Below are positions 32,251-43,900 of a DNA stretch of 64,000 nt, piece after piece. Positions within the stretch are counted from its first letter, which is position 1; each line of letters opens with the position of its first letter. The notes under the pieces are model-generated. The model had not been told where the DNA came from and did no database searches. It saw nothing but the letters and a program-made list of their open reading frames with translations. Made by a program: the position numbers and the translations under genes. Location: the NCBI GenBank assembly GCA_963767925.1, contig CAVYGB010000001.1:192001-256000 (forward strand), written 5' to 3'. This DNA is from an uncultured delta proteobacterium. Lineage in GTDB: Bacteria > Myxococcota_A > Polyangia > Fen-1088.

Positions 32251-34737
32251 ATGACGCGGGCACGGCCAGAGGTGCTGGCGCCGGCGGGCGATCGCGCGGC
32301 GCTGGAGGCGGCGGTGTCGGCGGGGGCCGACGCGGTCTACTTCGGGCTGCCCAGCTTCAGCGCCCGGGCCCGGGCGACCAACGTCGCCGAGGGGGAGCTG
32401 GCGGCGGCCATGGCCCACCTGCGCCGCCACGGGGTCAAGGGGTACGTCGCCCTCAACACCCTCCTGTTCGACAGCGAGCTCGAGGCGGGCGAGCGCGCGA
32501 TCCGCGCCTGCGCCGAGGCCGGCGTCGACGCCCTGATCGTGCAGGACCTCGGCGTCGCCCAGCTCGCCCGGGCGGTGGCGCCGCAGGTGGCCCTGCATGC
32601 CTCGACCCAGATGACCTGCACCGACGCGGGCGCGGTCGAGCTGGCCCGCAGCCTGGGGGCCAGCCGGGTCATCCTGGCCCGCGAGCTGAGCCTCGACGAG
32701 ATCGCCGCCATCACCCGCGCCACCACCGTCGAGCTCGAGGTCTTCGTGCACGGCGCCCTGTGCATCGCCTACTCCGGCCAGTGCCTCACCAGCGAGGCCA
32801 TCGGCGGCCGCAGCGCCAACCGCGGCGCCTGCGCCCAGGCCTGCCGCCTGCCGTACGAGCTGGTGGTCGACGGGGTGGTGCGCGAGCTGGGCGATCGGGC
32901 CTACCTCCTGTCGCCCGAGGACCTCGAGGCGGCCACCCTGGTCCCGCGCCTGATCGACCTGGGGGTGCGGTCGCTCAAGATCGAGGGGCGCCTCAAGAGC
33001 CCGGAGTATGTGGCCGCCACCACCCGGCTGTACCGGGCCGCCGTCGACGCGGCCGCCGGCGGTCGCGCGGTGGCCCCGCGGCTGCGCCAGCAGGCCCTGC
33101 AGACCTACAGCCGCGGCTCGGGGCCGGGCTTCTTCGCCGGGATCGATCACCAGCGGCTGGTCGACGGGACGACCTGCGAGCACCGCGGCCTGCGGGTGGG
33201 CACCTGCGCGGGCGTGCGGCGCTGGCGAGGTGAGCCCCAGATCGTGGTCCACCTGTCCGAGGCGATCGCCCGGGGCGATGGCCTGGTGGTGGCCGGGGGC
33301 CGCGAGGGCGCCGGCGAGGTGGGCGGGCGCGTCTGGCGCATCGTCGCGCGCGGGCGGGAGGTGGAGCGCGCGGCGGCCGGCGCCGAGGTGGGCCTCTGGC
33401 TGGGCCCCTCGGTGGCGCTCGCGGACGCCGGCGCCGGCCGGGCCGTGTTCCGCACCTCGGACCCCGCCGCCGAGCGCGCGGTGCGCGCCGCCCCGCCGGC
33501 CACGGTGGCGCTCGACCTGCGCCTGTCGGGCGAGGCGGGCGGACCGCTCACCCTGAAGGCCCGCAGCGCCCGCGGCCAGCAGGCCGAGGTGGCGGGCGAC
33601 GTCACCTCTGGCCGCTCGGCGGGCGCCCCCTCGACGCCGAGCTGGCCCGGGCCCAGCTCGGCCGCCTGGGCGACACGCCGTTCGTCCTGCGCGATCTGCA
33701 GATCGCGCTGCCCGCCGGGGTGGGGCTACCCACCTCGGCGCTGAACCGGGCCCGCCGCACCCTGGTGGCCGCGCTGGCTGCCCACGAGCCGGCCGTCCTC
33801 CCCGTGGCGCCGGTGTTGCCCGGGCTGCTCGCCGCCGCTGGCCCGCCCGACCGCGCCCCGCCGCCGCCCGGCCTGTTCGTGCTCTGCCGCAACCTGCGCC
33901 CAGGCCCGCGCCGCGGTGGCCGCCGGCGCCGACGGCGTCTACCTCGACATCCTCGAGCTCACCGGCACCGGCGCCGCCCTCCGCGCCCTGCGCGCCGAGG
34001 GGGCCCCGTCGGTGGGCGTGGCCCCGCCCCGCATCCGCAAGCCCGGCGAGGAGAAGATCGACCGCTTCCTGCGCGGCCTGCAGCCCGCCAGCCTGCTGGT
34101 GCGCGGCCTCGGCGCCCTGCACGAGCTGGCCGGCGCCCGCGCCGGGGCGCCGCCCTTCCTGGCGGTGGGCGACTTCTCGCTCAACGTGACCAACCAGCTC
34201 GGCGCCGCCTTCGTGCTGGCCCGCGGCCTCGACGCCTTCACCCCGTCGTTCGACCTCGACGCCGCCCAGCTCCGCCGCCTGTGCGCCGGCCGCCTGGCCC
34301 CCTTCGCCGAGGTGGTCATCCACAACCCCATGCCGCTCTTCCACATGGAGCACTGTCTGTTCGCCGCCCTGCTCTCCGAAGGCCACGACCACCGCGACTG
34401 CGGCCGCCCCTGCGAGCGGCACGCCCTCACCGTGCGCGACCGGGCCGGCCTCGAGCACCCGGTGGAGGCCGACGTCGGCTGCCGCAACACCGTCTTTCAC
34501 GGCAAGTCCCAGAGCGCCGCCGAGCTGGTCCCCGCCCTGCGCAGCGCCGGCGTCCGCCGCTTCCGCATCGAGCTGGTGCGCGAATCCCCCGCCCAGGTCA
34601 GCGCGCTGGTCGGCAGCTACCGGGCCCTCACCGAGGGGACCGCCACCGCCCGCGCCGTCTGGCAGCAGCTCTCCAGCAGCGACTGCACCACCGGCTACGG
34701 CGTCGTGCGCGGCTCCCTCCGCGTCCTGCCCTCCTGA
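32251..34737 (+). CDS. U32 family peptidase-like (RlhA-like, DUF3656) protein, two frameshifts (~33620, ~33900)
   Basis: PEVLAPAG, HASTQM, LARELS, HGALCIAYSGQC..NRGACAQACR, LKIEGR; C-terminal FHMEHC..CGRPCE..GCRNTVF. Confidence 0.85.
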
Positions 34738-34754
34738 CGCCGGGTCGCCCCGGG

Positions 34755-35114
34755 TCAGTGCGGGGGGTTGCGGCGTTCGGGGCCGTGGTGGTCCTGGCTG
34801 CGCTTCTTCGTCGAGGTAGCGAAGAGGGAGGCGCGCACCAGGGTGACGACGCGGCCGACGGTGGCCCGGGCCCAGCGGGTGGCCTGGACGGCGTCGGTGG
34901 GGCGGGGCCGGCGGGCGCCGACGACGCAGATGGCGAGGACCCCGGCGGCGAGGCCGAGGTGGATGAGCAGCGCCAGCGGCGGGACGAAGGCGGCGACGAG
35001 GAGGAGGGCGAAGGTCCCGGCTGCGGCCCAGGCCCCCGGTCGCAGCCCGAGCCAGTAGGCGGTCAACCCTCCGACGATCAGGGCAGCGAGCAGCATCCCC
35101 CAAGTCTCCCCCAC
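34755..35114 (-). CDS. Small membrane protein
   Basis: About three hydrophobic segments. Confidence 0.55.
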   Translation of the reverse strand: MGETWGMLLAALIVGGLTAYWLGLRPGAWAAAGTFALLLVAAFVPPLALLIHLGLAAGVLAICVVGARRPRPTDAVQATRWARATVGRVVTLVRASLFATSTKKRSQDHHGPERRNPPH

Positions 35115-35232
35115 TGCGGGGCGTTGGCAAGCCCCCTCTGTCGGTCCTGGCCGGGCCCGAGGCTGGCGAGGGAAACCCCTGGTCGGGCCCGAGCGTGGCG
35201 AGGGAACCCGGTATTTTTTCGGGGACAGTCTC

Positions 35233-36165
35233 TCAGCGGGCGGTGGCGGTGGCGGCGGCGGGGGGCGGGGCGGCCGGCGGCGGGTCGGGGGTGGACAGCA
35301 GGGGCCGGTTCAGGCCGGACTTGATGACCCGGGTCCGCAGCAGGTGGGAGACCAGGTCGATCAGGGCGACGACCGCGGTGATGAGGAGGATGATGAACCC
35401 CACCTCCTCCCAGCGGTGGGCCCGGATCCGGTCGGACAGGGCGAAGCCGATGCCGCCCGCGCCGATGATGCCCAGGATGGTCGCCGACCGCGTGTTCGAC
35501 TCGAACATGTAGAGCACGTTCGACAGCATGATCGGCAGCACCTGGGGGAGGATCCCGAAGCGCATGGTCTTGACCGCGCTGCCGCCGGTGGCGCGCACCC
35601 CCTCCACCTGTTTGCGGTCGACGTTCTCGATGGCCTCGGCGAACAGCTTGGCGAAGATGCCGATGTCGGTGGTGGCGATGGCGAGGACGCCGGCCAGGGG
35701 GCCCAGGCCCACCGCGCGCACGTAGACCAGGGCCCACACCAGCGCGTCGACCCCCCGCAGGAAGTCGAACGAGCGCCGGATGGGGAAGCGCAGGAGCCGG
35801 CTGGCCAGCACGTTGCGCGCGCCCAGGAACCCCAGGGGGAAGGCGATGACCGCCGCCAGCAGCGTGCCCAGGAAGGCCATCCCGAGGCTCTCCAGCATGG
35901 CCCGCAGCAGATCGGCGAGGGCCTCGCCGGCGGTGGGCGGGACCAGGCCGCTGGCGATCTGCCCGGCGCGGCCCAGCCCCTTGACGACGCGCGACCAGGA
36001 GACGTCGAAGCGCACGAGCGAGAACACCACGAACGCGACAACCCCGATCGCCAGGCCGATCCGCAGCGCCCGCTCGCCGGGCGGGCGGGCGAAGGCCCGG
36101 GGATAACGCCCGCGGAGGGCGGCGAGCTGAGCGCCGTCGATCGCGCCGCCGGATGGCAGGCTCAT
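35233..36165 (-). CDS. phnE: Phosphonate ABC transporter permease
   Basis: AKLFAEAIE, VEGVRATGG and ESNTRSATILGIIGAGGIG. Confidence 0.92.
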   Translation of the reverse strand: MSLPSGGAIDGAQLAALRGRYPRAFARPPGERALRIGLAIGVVAFVVFSLVRFDVSWSRVVKGLGRAGQIASGLVPPTAGEALADLLRAMLESLGMAFLGTLLAAVIAFPLGFLGARNVLASRLLRFPIRRSFDFLRGVDALVWALVYVRAVGLGPLAGVLAIATTDIGIFAKLFAEAIENVDRKQVEGVRATGGSAVKTMRFGILPQVLPIMLSNVLYMFESNTRSATILGIIGAGGIGFALSDRIRAHRWEEVGFIILLITAVVALIDLVSHLLRTRVIKSGLNRPLLSTPDPPPAAPPPAAATATAR

Positions 36166-37031
36166 CGCAGGGCCTCCCGGCCGATCAGGCGGTGGCGGAT
36201 CCGCTCGCAGGCGAGATCGATGATGGTGAGGGTCGCGATCACCATCAACACGATGGCGCTGATGTCCTCGTAGTAGTTCAGCCCGATGGCCTGGTACAGC
36301 TCCTGGCCGATGCCGCCCGCGCCGACGAAGCCGATGATGGCCGCCGAGCGGATGTTCAGCTCCAGCCGCCACAACGTGTAGGAGATGAAGTTGGGCAGCA
36401 CCTGGGGCAGGGCCGCGAAGCGCACCACCTCGAACCAGTTGCCCCCCGCGGCGCGCAGGCCTTCGAGCGGGCGCTCGTCGAGGTTCTCGTTCACCTCGGC
36501 GAACAGCTTGCCGAGCGCCCCGGTGGTGTGGGCGGTCAGCGCCAGGAACCCGGCGAAGGGCCCGATCCCGAAGGCCACCACGAAGATGAGGGCGTACACC
36601 ACCTCGGGCACGCAGCGGGCGAGCTCGGCCAGGCGGCGGAACAGAAAGTACACCCAGGCCCGGCCCGCCAGGTTGCGCGCGGCCGGGAAGCCCAGCACCA
36701 GGCCCCCCAGCGCGCCGAACAGGGTGGCCATCAGGGCGATGAGGATGGTGTCGCCCAGCAGGCCCAGCCAGCGAAACAGCCCGTAATACCAGACGCCCAG
36801 ATCCTTGCCGAAGGTGCCGAGCCCGAGGGCGGGCAGGGTCATCCCCAGGTATTCGCCGATGCGGGGCAGCCCGGCGGCCAGCCGCTCGCCGGAGAAGCCG
36901 GTCAGCCGGGTGGTCAGCTGCAGCAGGAGCAGCAGCACCGCCCCCAGCCCGAGGAACTGCAGCCGCTGCCGCCGGCGCTGGCGCGCGAACGCCTCCTCGA
37001 AGTGCTGCAGGCGGGCGCTGGCGGGCGACAT
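36162..37031 (-). CDS. phnE: Phosphonate ABC transporter permease
   Basis: GKLFAEVNE and ELNIRSAAIIGFVGAGGIG. Confidence 0.92.
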   Translation of the reverse strand: MSPASARLQHFEEAFARQRRRQRLQFLGLGAVLLLLLQLTTRLTGFSGERLAAGLPRIGEYLGMTLPALGLGTFGKDLGVWYYGLFRWLGLLGDTILIALMATLFGALGGLVLGFPAARNLAGRAWVYFLFRRLAELARCVPEVVYALIFVVAFGIGPFAGFLALTAHTTGALGKLFAEVNENLDERPLEGLRAAGGNWFEVVRFAALPQVLPNFISYTLWRLELNIRSAAIIGFVGAGGIGQELYQAIGLNYYEDISAIVLMVIATLTIIDLACERIRHRLIGREALR

Positions 37032-37043
37032 GGTTGGCGGGCG

Positions 37044-38006
37044 CTACTTCCGGCTGCGCCGCTCGCTGGCGAGCTGCTTGCGCAGGTCGACGGCGATCTG
37101 GTAGGCCTCGTGCTTGATCTCCTTGTAGCCCTGCGAATCGCCGCGGGCGACCTCGCGGAACACCTTGGGGTCGTCCTTGTGCAGGCCGAGGAACATCGCC
37201 TTGAGGTCGGCCTTCATGTCGGCGGGCAGGTCGGCGCGGATGGCGACGACCGGGTTGGGGATCAGGTCGGAGGTCCAGATGATGCGGATGTCCTCCTTCT
37301 TGAGGACGTTGCGCGACAGCATCATGTGCAGGCCGCCCCGGCTGTGCTTTTTGACGTCGTCGGTCCAGGTGACCGCGCCGTCGTAGGACTTGTCGAGCAC
37401 GCCGATGATGCTCTGCTCGTGCCCGCCCGAGAAGACCACCTTGCCGAAGTGCTTGTCCGGCTCGAGCCCCAGCTTACGCAGGCCGACCAGGGGGAAGAGG
37501 TAGCCGGAGGAGGAGTTCGGCTCGGCCCAGGCCCAGGTCTTGCCCTTGAGGTCGGCGAGGGTCTTGTAGGGGCTGTCGCTGCGCACGAAGGCGACGGCGT
37601 AGTAGCCGACGGTGCCGTCGTTGTTGGTGGGGACGACGAGCGGCTCGACCCCGCCCTTGCTCTCCACCCAGGCGGAGGCGTAGCCCGAGGCGCCCATGTC
37701 CATCACCTCGATCTGCTTGGCGCCGATGGCCTGGATGACGCCGGCGTATTCGGAGGCGAGGAACAGCTCCAGCTCGACGCCGAGCTTCTTCTTCACGTAG
37801 TCGCCGAAGCCCTTGTAGCGGGTCAGCGAGGCGGCCTGGGTCTCCACGCTCTGCACGCCGTAGCGCAGCTTGGGGTACTTCTTGCGCCAGCCCTCGGCGG
37901 TCTGGGCGGCGGCGCTGTTGCTCGCCAGCAGGGCGAGGGCGAGGGCGGCGAAGGTGGTCAGGCGCAGGGGCCGGCTCGTTGGCTTCGAAGAGGATGTTGT
38001 CGTCAT
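37044..38006 (-). CDS. phnD: Phosphonate ABC transporter substrate-binding protein
   Basis: Signal peptide, [16 protein letters not shown] and FSGGHEQ. Confidence 0.9.
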   Translation of the reverse strand: MTTTSSSKPTSRPLRLTTFAALALALLASNSAAAQTAEGWRKKYPKLRYGVQSVETQAASLTRYKGFGDYVKKKLGVELELFLASEYAGVIQAIGAKQIEVMDMGASGYASAWVESKGGVEPLVVPTNNDGTVGYYAVAFVRSDSPYKTLADLKGKTWAWAEPNSSSGYLFPLVGLRKLGLEPDKHFGKVVFSGGHEQSIIGVLDKSYDGAVTWTDDVKKHSRGGLHMMLSRNVLKKEDIRIIWTSDLIPNPVVAIRADLPADMKADLKAMFLGLHKDDPKVFREVARGDSQGYKEIKHEAYQIAVDLRKQLASERRSRK

Positions 38007-38878
38007 GTCTGCTCCGCTGTTCCGAGGATGCCGAGGCCGGGCGTCCCGCTGCCGGGGAGGGCCGTCGACGTCACGTTTTCGTCGATCTCGCGCGCGCCCT
38101 CCAGTCCGTAGATCTCCCGGATGCTGCCCGCGTCGAGCGCGTGGGGCGGCCCGTCGAAGGCGACCTTCCCCATGCGCATCCCGATGATCCGGTCGCAATA
38201 TGACCTTGCCGTGTCGAGTGTGTGAAGGTTGCACAGGACGGTGATCCCGTCGTCGCGGTTGATGGCCCGCAGGATCTCCATCACCCGGGTGGCGCTGGGC
38301 GGATCGAGCGAGGCGATCGGCTCGTCGGCCAGCAGGATGGACGGCTGCTGGACCAGCGCCCGGGCGATGGCCACCCGCTGCTGCTGCCCGCCCGAGAGCG
38401 TGTCGCTGCGCTTGAACACGAAGCCTGCCATCTCGACCCGCTCGAGCGTGGCCAGGGCGAGGGCGCGCTCCTCCGCCGTCCAGAGCTGCAGGAGCGAGCG
38501 CAGCGTCGGCTGGTAGCTGAGGCGCCCCATGAGGACGTTGGTCAGCACATCGAGGCGCGGCACCAGGTTGAACTGCTGGAACACCATCGCGCAGCGCCGC
38601 CGCCACAGCCGCAGCTCCCGCCCCCGCAGGGCCCCGACGTCGACCGCGGGCCCCGGCGCCGCCGCCGTTGTTGCCGTGGTTCCCCGCGCCTCCGCCTGGT
38701 AGAGCATCCGCCCGCCGGTGGGATCGATGAGCCGGTTGATCATGCGCAGCAGGGTCGACTTGCCCGCGCCCGACCGCCCGATGATCCCGACCATCTGCCC
38801 CCGGGGCACCTGGAACGACACGCCGTCGACCGCGACGAGCGATCCGAACGCCTTCGTGAGGCCCTCGAAGGTCAACAT
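38003..38878 (-). CDS. phnC: Phosphonate ABC transporter ATPase
   Basis: [28 protein letters not shown] and DEPIASLDP. Confidence 0.93.
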   Translation of the reverse strand: MLTFEGLTKAFGSLVAVDGVSFQVPRGQMVGIIGRSGAGKSTLLRMINRLIDPTGGRMLYQAEARGTTATTAAAPGPAVDVGALRGRELRLWRRRCAMVFQQFNLVPRLDVLTNVLMGRLSYQPTLRSLLQLWTAEERALALATLERVEMAGFVFKRSDTLSGGQQQRVAIARALVQQPSILLADEPIASLDPPSATRVMEILRAINRDDGITVLCNLHTLDTARSYCDRIIGMRMGKVAFDGPPHALDAGSIREIYGLEGAREIDENVTSTALPGSGTPGLGILGTAEQT

Positions 38879-39245
38879 CGAGCCGCAGATTACGCCGACC
38901 CACCCCCGATCGCCCAAAGCGAAAGCACCCCCTGACGCAGGGGGCCCAGCGGCAGGCGCGAGCGTCGGAGGCCCGACCCGGGGAGCCACCGGGGACCAGG
39001 CGCTCACCCAGGTTTCGCCGGGGTTGCCCATCGGGCCCGCGGGGCCCTGCAGCCCGGTCGAGGCGCCCACCCAGCGGCCCATGCTGTCGATCCACCGTCT
39101 GGCCGCCGACCCGCACGCTGCGCAGTGATGTCTCCGGTCGCGTTTTCGGCGATCGCGTAGGGGACCGAGGTGAGGCGCGAGCGGTGCACTAGCCCCCTCC
39201 GCCCCGGGAACCCGCGGTCAAGTCCTCGTGCGAGGATGCTCGCCC

Positions 39246-40772
39246 ATGAGCGCCGCTGCCCCCGTCCTCGCCACGATGCTCTCCTTCCTGTGCCTGCCCG
39301 GCTGCGGCGGCGGCGCCGACGACCCGGGCGCCGTGGATCCGGAACGCGAGGCCGGGGGCCTGCGCCTCGAGCTGCCGGCGGAGCCGCCGGTCGGCGCGCC
39401 CTTTCCCATCGTGGTGCGCACCACCGACGGGCGGCCGCTGTCGGGCACCGGCGCGGTGACGGTCGGCGACGGACCGCCCCTGCCGATCACCCTGTACCGC
39501 GGCCGGGGTAGCGTGAGCGCCACTCTCGCGGGCGCGGGGGACGTCGCCGTGCGGGCGGAGGTGGCGGGCGCGGGCGGCGCGCGCACCGTCCGGGCGACGT
39601 CGCGGCCGCAGCGGCGGCTGACCGGGATCCTGCAGGGGGCCGATCTGCGCTGGGATCCCGGGGCCGACGTGGTCCTCGACGGGCTGGCCCAGGTCCCCGG
39701 CGGGGAGAAGCTGACCATCGCGGCGGGGACCCGCGTGCTGGGCGCCGCCCGGGCCAACCTCGACGTGGCCGGCGAGATCGACGCCGCCGGCACGGCCGAG
39801 GCGCCCATCCTGTTCACGCGCGAGGGCCCCGGGCCCTGGGGGCAGATCAAGCTGCTCGAGGGCGCCCGCGGCCGGCTGATCCACGTCCTCGTCACCCAGG
39901 CGGGCGGCGACGAGGCCCGCCTGTTCAAGCCCGACCACAGCATGTCCCAGGCGGTGGTCCTGGCCGACGCCGCCGCCGAGCTGGTGGTGGAGGGCGGCGG
40001 CGCCATCGACAACCCGGGCAAGTGTTACAGCTCGCGCGCCTCCCGGGTCACCCTGCGCGACGTCCTGGTCAGCCGCTGCGATCAGGGCGGCGAGCACGAC
40101 GCCACCGAGCTGCTGATCGAAGGCAGCCACTACCTCGAGATCCCCGACGCCGACGGCCGCTTCGAGGACGACGACAACGACGGCCTCCACCTGGGCCTCG
40201 ACCCGGCGCGAACGCCGCCGATGATGATCATCCGCGACAGCGTGTTCGCCGTCTGCGAGGACGACGGCATCGACCACGCCGGCCCGCCGCTGCTGATCCA
40301 GCGGGTCTGGGTGCAGGACATGCACCACGAGGGCATCGCCACCTCCTCCGGCAACACCGTCGTGATCGAGGACAGCGTCGTGCTCCGCACCGAAAACGGC
40401 ATCGAGGCGGGCTGGGGTGCGCCGGACACGACCGTGCGCAACACCCTCCTGCTCGACAACACGGTGGCCCTCCGCTTCGGCGACGAATACCGCCCGCCGA
40501 TGATCAGCCGGGGCAAGCTGACCGCCAGCTACGTCGCCGCCTTCGGCAGCCGCCAGGCCAACGTGCTCAACTGGTACACCGGCGGCGGGTACGCCGTCCC
40601 CGGCGCCATCGCCGTCTCCTGCTCGAGGGTCGACACGCCCGAGTGGGACGTCCAGGGCGGCAACCACCCCGGCGCCCTGGCGATCGACCTCGAGACCGGC
40701 TGCCTGCCCGCCGACGCGCGCACGCTGCCCGGCTGCCCGGAGGGCCCCCTCGGCCCCCGGACCTGTCGATAG
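39246..40772 (+). CDS. Right-handed beta-helix repeat lipoprotein
   Basis: LPGC lipobox; DDNDGL, EDDGIDH and HHEGIA repeats. Confidence 0.7.
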   Translation: MSAAAPVLATMLSFLCLPGCGGGADDPGAVDPEREAGGLRLELPAEPPVGAPFPIVVRTTDGRPLSGTGAVTVGDGPPLPITLYRGRGSVSATLAGAGDVAVRAEVAGAGGARTVRATSRPQRRLTGILQGADLRWDPGADVVLDGLAQVPGGEKLTIAAGTRVLGAARANLDVAGEIDAAGTAEAPILFTREGPGPWGQIKLLEGARGRLIHVLVTQAGGDEARLFKPDHSMSQAVVLADAAAELVVEGGGAIDNPGKCYSSRASRVTLRDVLVSRCDQGGEHDATELLIEGSHYLEIPDADGRFEDDDNDGLHLGLDPARTPPMMIIRDSVFAVCEDDGIDHAGPPLLIQRVWVQDMHHEGIATSSGNTVVIEDSVVLRTENGIEAGWGAPDTTVRNTLLLDNTVALRFGDEYRPPMISRGKLTASYVAAFGSRQANVLNWYTGGGYAVPGAIAVSCSRVDTPEWDVQGGNHPGALAIDLETGCLPADARTLPGCPEGPLGPRTCR

Positions 40773-40789
40773 TCGCTCAGAACGGTTGC

Positions 40790-40972
40790 CCGGAGGCCCC
40801 TCACCCCACCGTGTCCCCGCTCCGCGGGGCGAGGGTGAACCGGCGACGGAAAGTCGAAGATCTCGGAGGAAGTCACCATGGTACGCGCTCGGGAGAGGAT
40901 TCGAGGCACCTCCGCAAATCGCTCGCCCTCGCCCCGCGGCAGCGGGGAGAGGGAGGGGTGAGGGGTCTCCGG
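40790..40972. repeat. Inverted pair of REP-like elements
   Basis: cccctcacccc..tccccgct.cgcggggcgaggg and its reverse complement, between convergent genes. Confidence 0.8.
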
Positions 40973-40979
40973 TGGATGG

Positions 40980-43900
40980 TCAGGGTGGCGTGAACTTCAA
41001 CGCGGCGAATGTGGTGGGAGGTATCTCGGGGCCCAGGTGGAACAGCGCCTGGCTCGGGAAGGCGCGCGCGAGACAGCGGCTGGCCTGGCGCTCGTAGACC
41101 CCGCCGAAGTAGGGCGCTCCCACCCGGTGCAGGCGGGACCGGGCGGGGCAGGTGCCGGGCATCGCCAGCGCCAACACCGTGGGCGGCGCGCAGGTCAGCC
41201 GGCCGGAGACGACGGGGGCCCGGCAGTCCGGATCGGAGAACATCGCGATCTCCCCCTCCGACCGGGGCAGGCAGCGCAGGAGGCCGTCGGCGGCGACACC
41301 GGGAAGGCAGGTCACCTGGCGCTCGCCGTCGTGAAACGCGTCCTCGGGCGCGGCGGCGTCTCCGGCCAGCCGCACCAGCGGGCGCAGCCGGCCGGCGCTG
41401 CCCAGCGCGCCGGTGGTCAGGCCGCCGGCGAAGGTCGCCGCGGGCACCTCCATGCCCAGCGGGAAGGTCGCGGGCGGGTCGCCGGCCACCGGGCCGCACC
41501 GTCCGCCCATCTGCTGGTGGGCGACGGCCCGGTCCCCGCCGGCCGCGACCGCGAAGCGGGTCTCGCAGCGGGCCGTCATCGCACGCAGGACCTGCTCGGC
41601 GCGCGCGCAGGTGCTGGCCAGGCCCACCGCCGCCGGCACCCGGCAGCGATCGTCGGCGAATAGCCCGGCCTGAACCACCGGCAGCTCTGCCGGCAGGCAG
41701 CGCAGCTCCCCGTCGGCCGCGGTGAGGAGCGCACACCCGTGCCCGAGCTGCGTGTCCCGCCACCCGGCCGGGCTGGCCGCGCCGTCCTCGGCGATCAGCC
41801 GCGCGGGGACCAGCCGCCCCCCGACCGCGGGCGCGGGTGCCGGCACCGCCGCCACGAAGGCCGCCGGCGGCGCCTCCTCGAGCGCGAGCACCTGGTCGGT
41901 GGCGGACGGCGCCGGGAGCCGGGCGCATCCGCCCGCCGCGTCCCGGCCGAACAGCTCCGCCTCCGCCACGGGCGCGCCCGCGCGGTACAGGACCTCGGCG
42001 CCCGGGCAGCCCTGCCCGGAGCGCACCCCCAGATACGCCGGCGGCTCGCACGCGCTGGCCGGCCGCACCTGCACCGGCCGGGTGCAGGCCGCGTCCTGGT
42101 ACAGCACCGCGGCCGCGAAGCTGCGCAGCGGGAGGCACCGCTGGCTGCCGTCGGCGGCCCGCGCGAACCAGCAGCGCACGCCGAGCTGCCGGTCGTGAAA
42201 GCCCGCGAACACCCGCCCACCCGCCGCCGCAGGCTCCGCGCCCTCCAGCCACAGCGCCGCCAGGCGCGCGCCGCTCGCCGCCGGCACCACCCGGGCCGGG
42301 TCGATCGCCGCCGGCGCCGGCTCGGTGCGCGCCGGCTGCAGGTCGCCGGGCCCGGGATCGGGGATCGCGACCCCCGCGCTCGGGTCGCCCGGCAGCCCGC
42401 TGCCCAGCTTCTCCAGGCGCGCGCGCAGGCTCGCGCGCCGCTCGTCGTACTGGGTGACGAGCAGCTCGAGCTCGCCCGCCATCAGCGTGGTCACCAGCGC
42501 GAAGCCGTCCGCCGCGTTCGCGTCGAGGCCCAGCTCGGTCATCGCCGCCAGCACGGCCGGCTTGCGCAGGTGGACCAGCAGCCGATCGGCGGTCTCCCGC
42601 AGCCGCCCGGCGAACCGCTCGACGGTGAAGCGGTCGAGCCAGCGCCCGAGCACCTCGGCGTAGCGGCGGTACAGCAGCGGGTCGCTGAAGATGCGGCGGT
42701 CGAGCTCCGATTCGCTGCACCCGAGCAGCCCGGCCGGATCCTGGATGGCCAGCGCGCCCCCGAAGTGGCAGGTGGAGAAGGCGTCGTCCTGGTCCCAGCC
42801 CATGACGAGGTGGTAGTCGCTGCGCGCGCCGGCGGCGTCGGTGCTCTCGGTGGCGTAGAAGAACACCTCGTCGACGTAGTCCCCGCTCTGGAACCCGTTC
42901 AGGATGGCGGTCCACAGGAGATATCCGTCGAGGTGGAACCGCCGCCGCAGGCCCGCCTCCAGCGCCGCGCCCTGCAGGCCGCTCACGCCCGCGAGGATGC
43001 CGTGGTAACTGGCCAGCGCCTCGCTCTCCGGCGCCGGCGCCGCGACCCAGCGGACCTCGGGGGTGGTGGCGGCCACCGCCGGCACCTTGTAGCGCCGGAG
43101 CACGGCCCGCACCCCCGCCTGCTGCACGCGCAGCGAATCGGCCGCGTTCTCCAGCAGCAGGTACATCCCCTGCTCCTGGCCGTCGACCACCAGCTCGATC
43201 AGATCGAAGGGCACCGGGAACAGCCCCTCGGCCGCCAGGGTGGTCAGCACCAGCAGGTTGCGCAGGTAAAACCGGTCCCGGCACATCGACACCAGGTGGA
43301 ACTTGTCCTGGGCGAACCCGGGGAACACGAAGCGCGGCGTCCGGCCCGCCAGGTTCACGCTGTAGTTCCGGCGCGGGCAGGCGTAAGAACCCTCGCCCCG
43401 GTAGTGGGCGGTGGCCTGCACCGGCTGGCTGTCGGGCGACATGCGCACCGCCACCGGGAAGTCCTCCCGGGAGCGCTGCTGGTGGAGGGCGGCGGCGGCC
43501 GCCTTCTGCTCGGGGGTGAAGACCAGCTCGATGCGCCGGGGCTGCGGGGGCCCCGCCTGCGCCAGCCGGGGGGCGTCGCAGCTCCCGCCCGCCGCGTCCT
43601 CCGCGATCAACGGTCGCACCGGTCGGGGCGGGGCGCGCCCCGCGCGCACGGCGAGCGCGCCGCCCGGCGGGACTCCGCAAGCCGCCACGGCGTAATGCCC
43701 GTACCGCTGGTAGGCGTCGATGCGCGCCGACAGCTCCGCCACCGCCGCGCTGAGGCTGGATGCCTCTCCGCTGCTGCCGGCCACCGCTGCGTCGAGGTCG
43801 GGGGTCACGGCGCTGGCGTCCGCCGTCGCGGCGTTGACGTCGGCCGCGGCGAAGGAGAAGCGCAGGCCCGTCGACAATGCCGCTGCGCTCGCCTGCGCCG

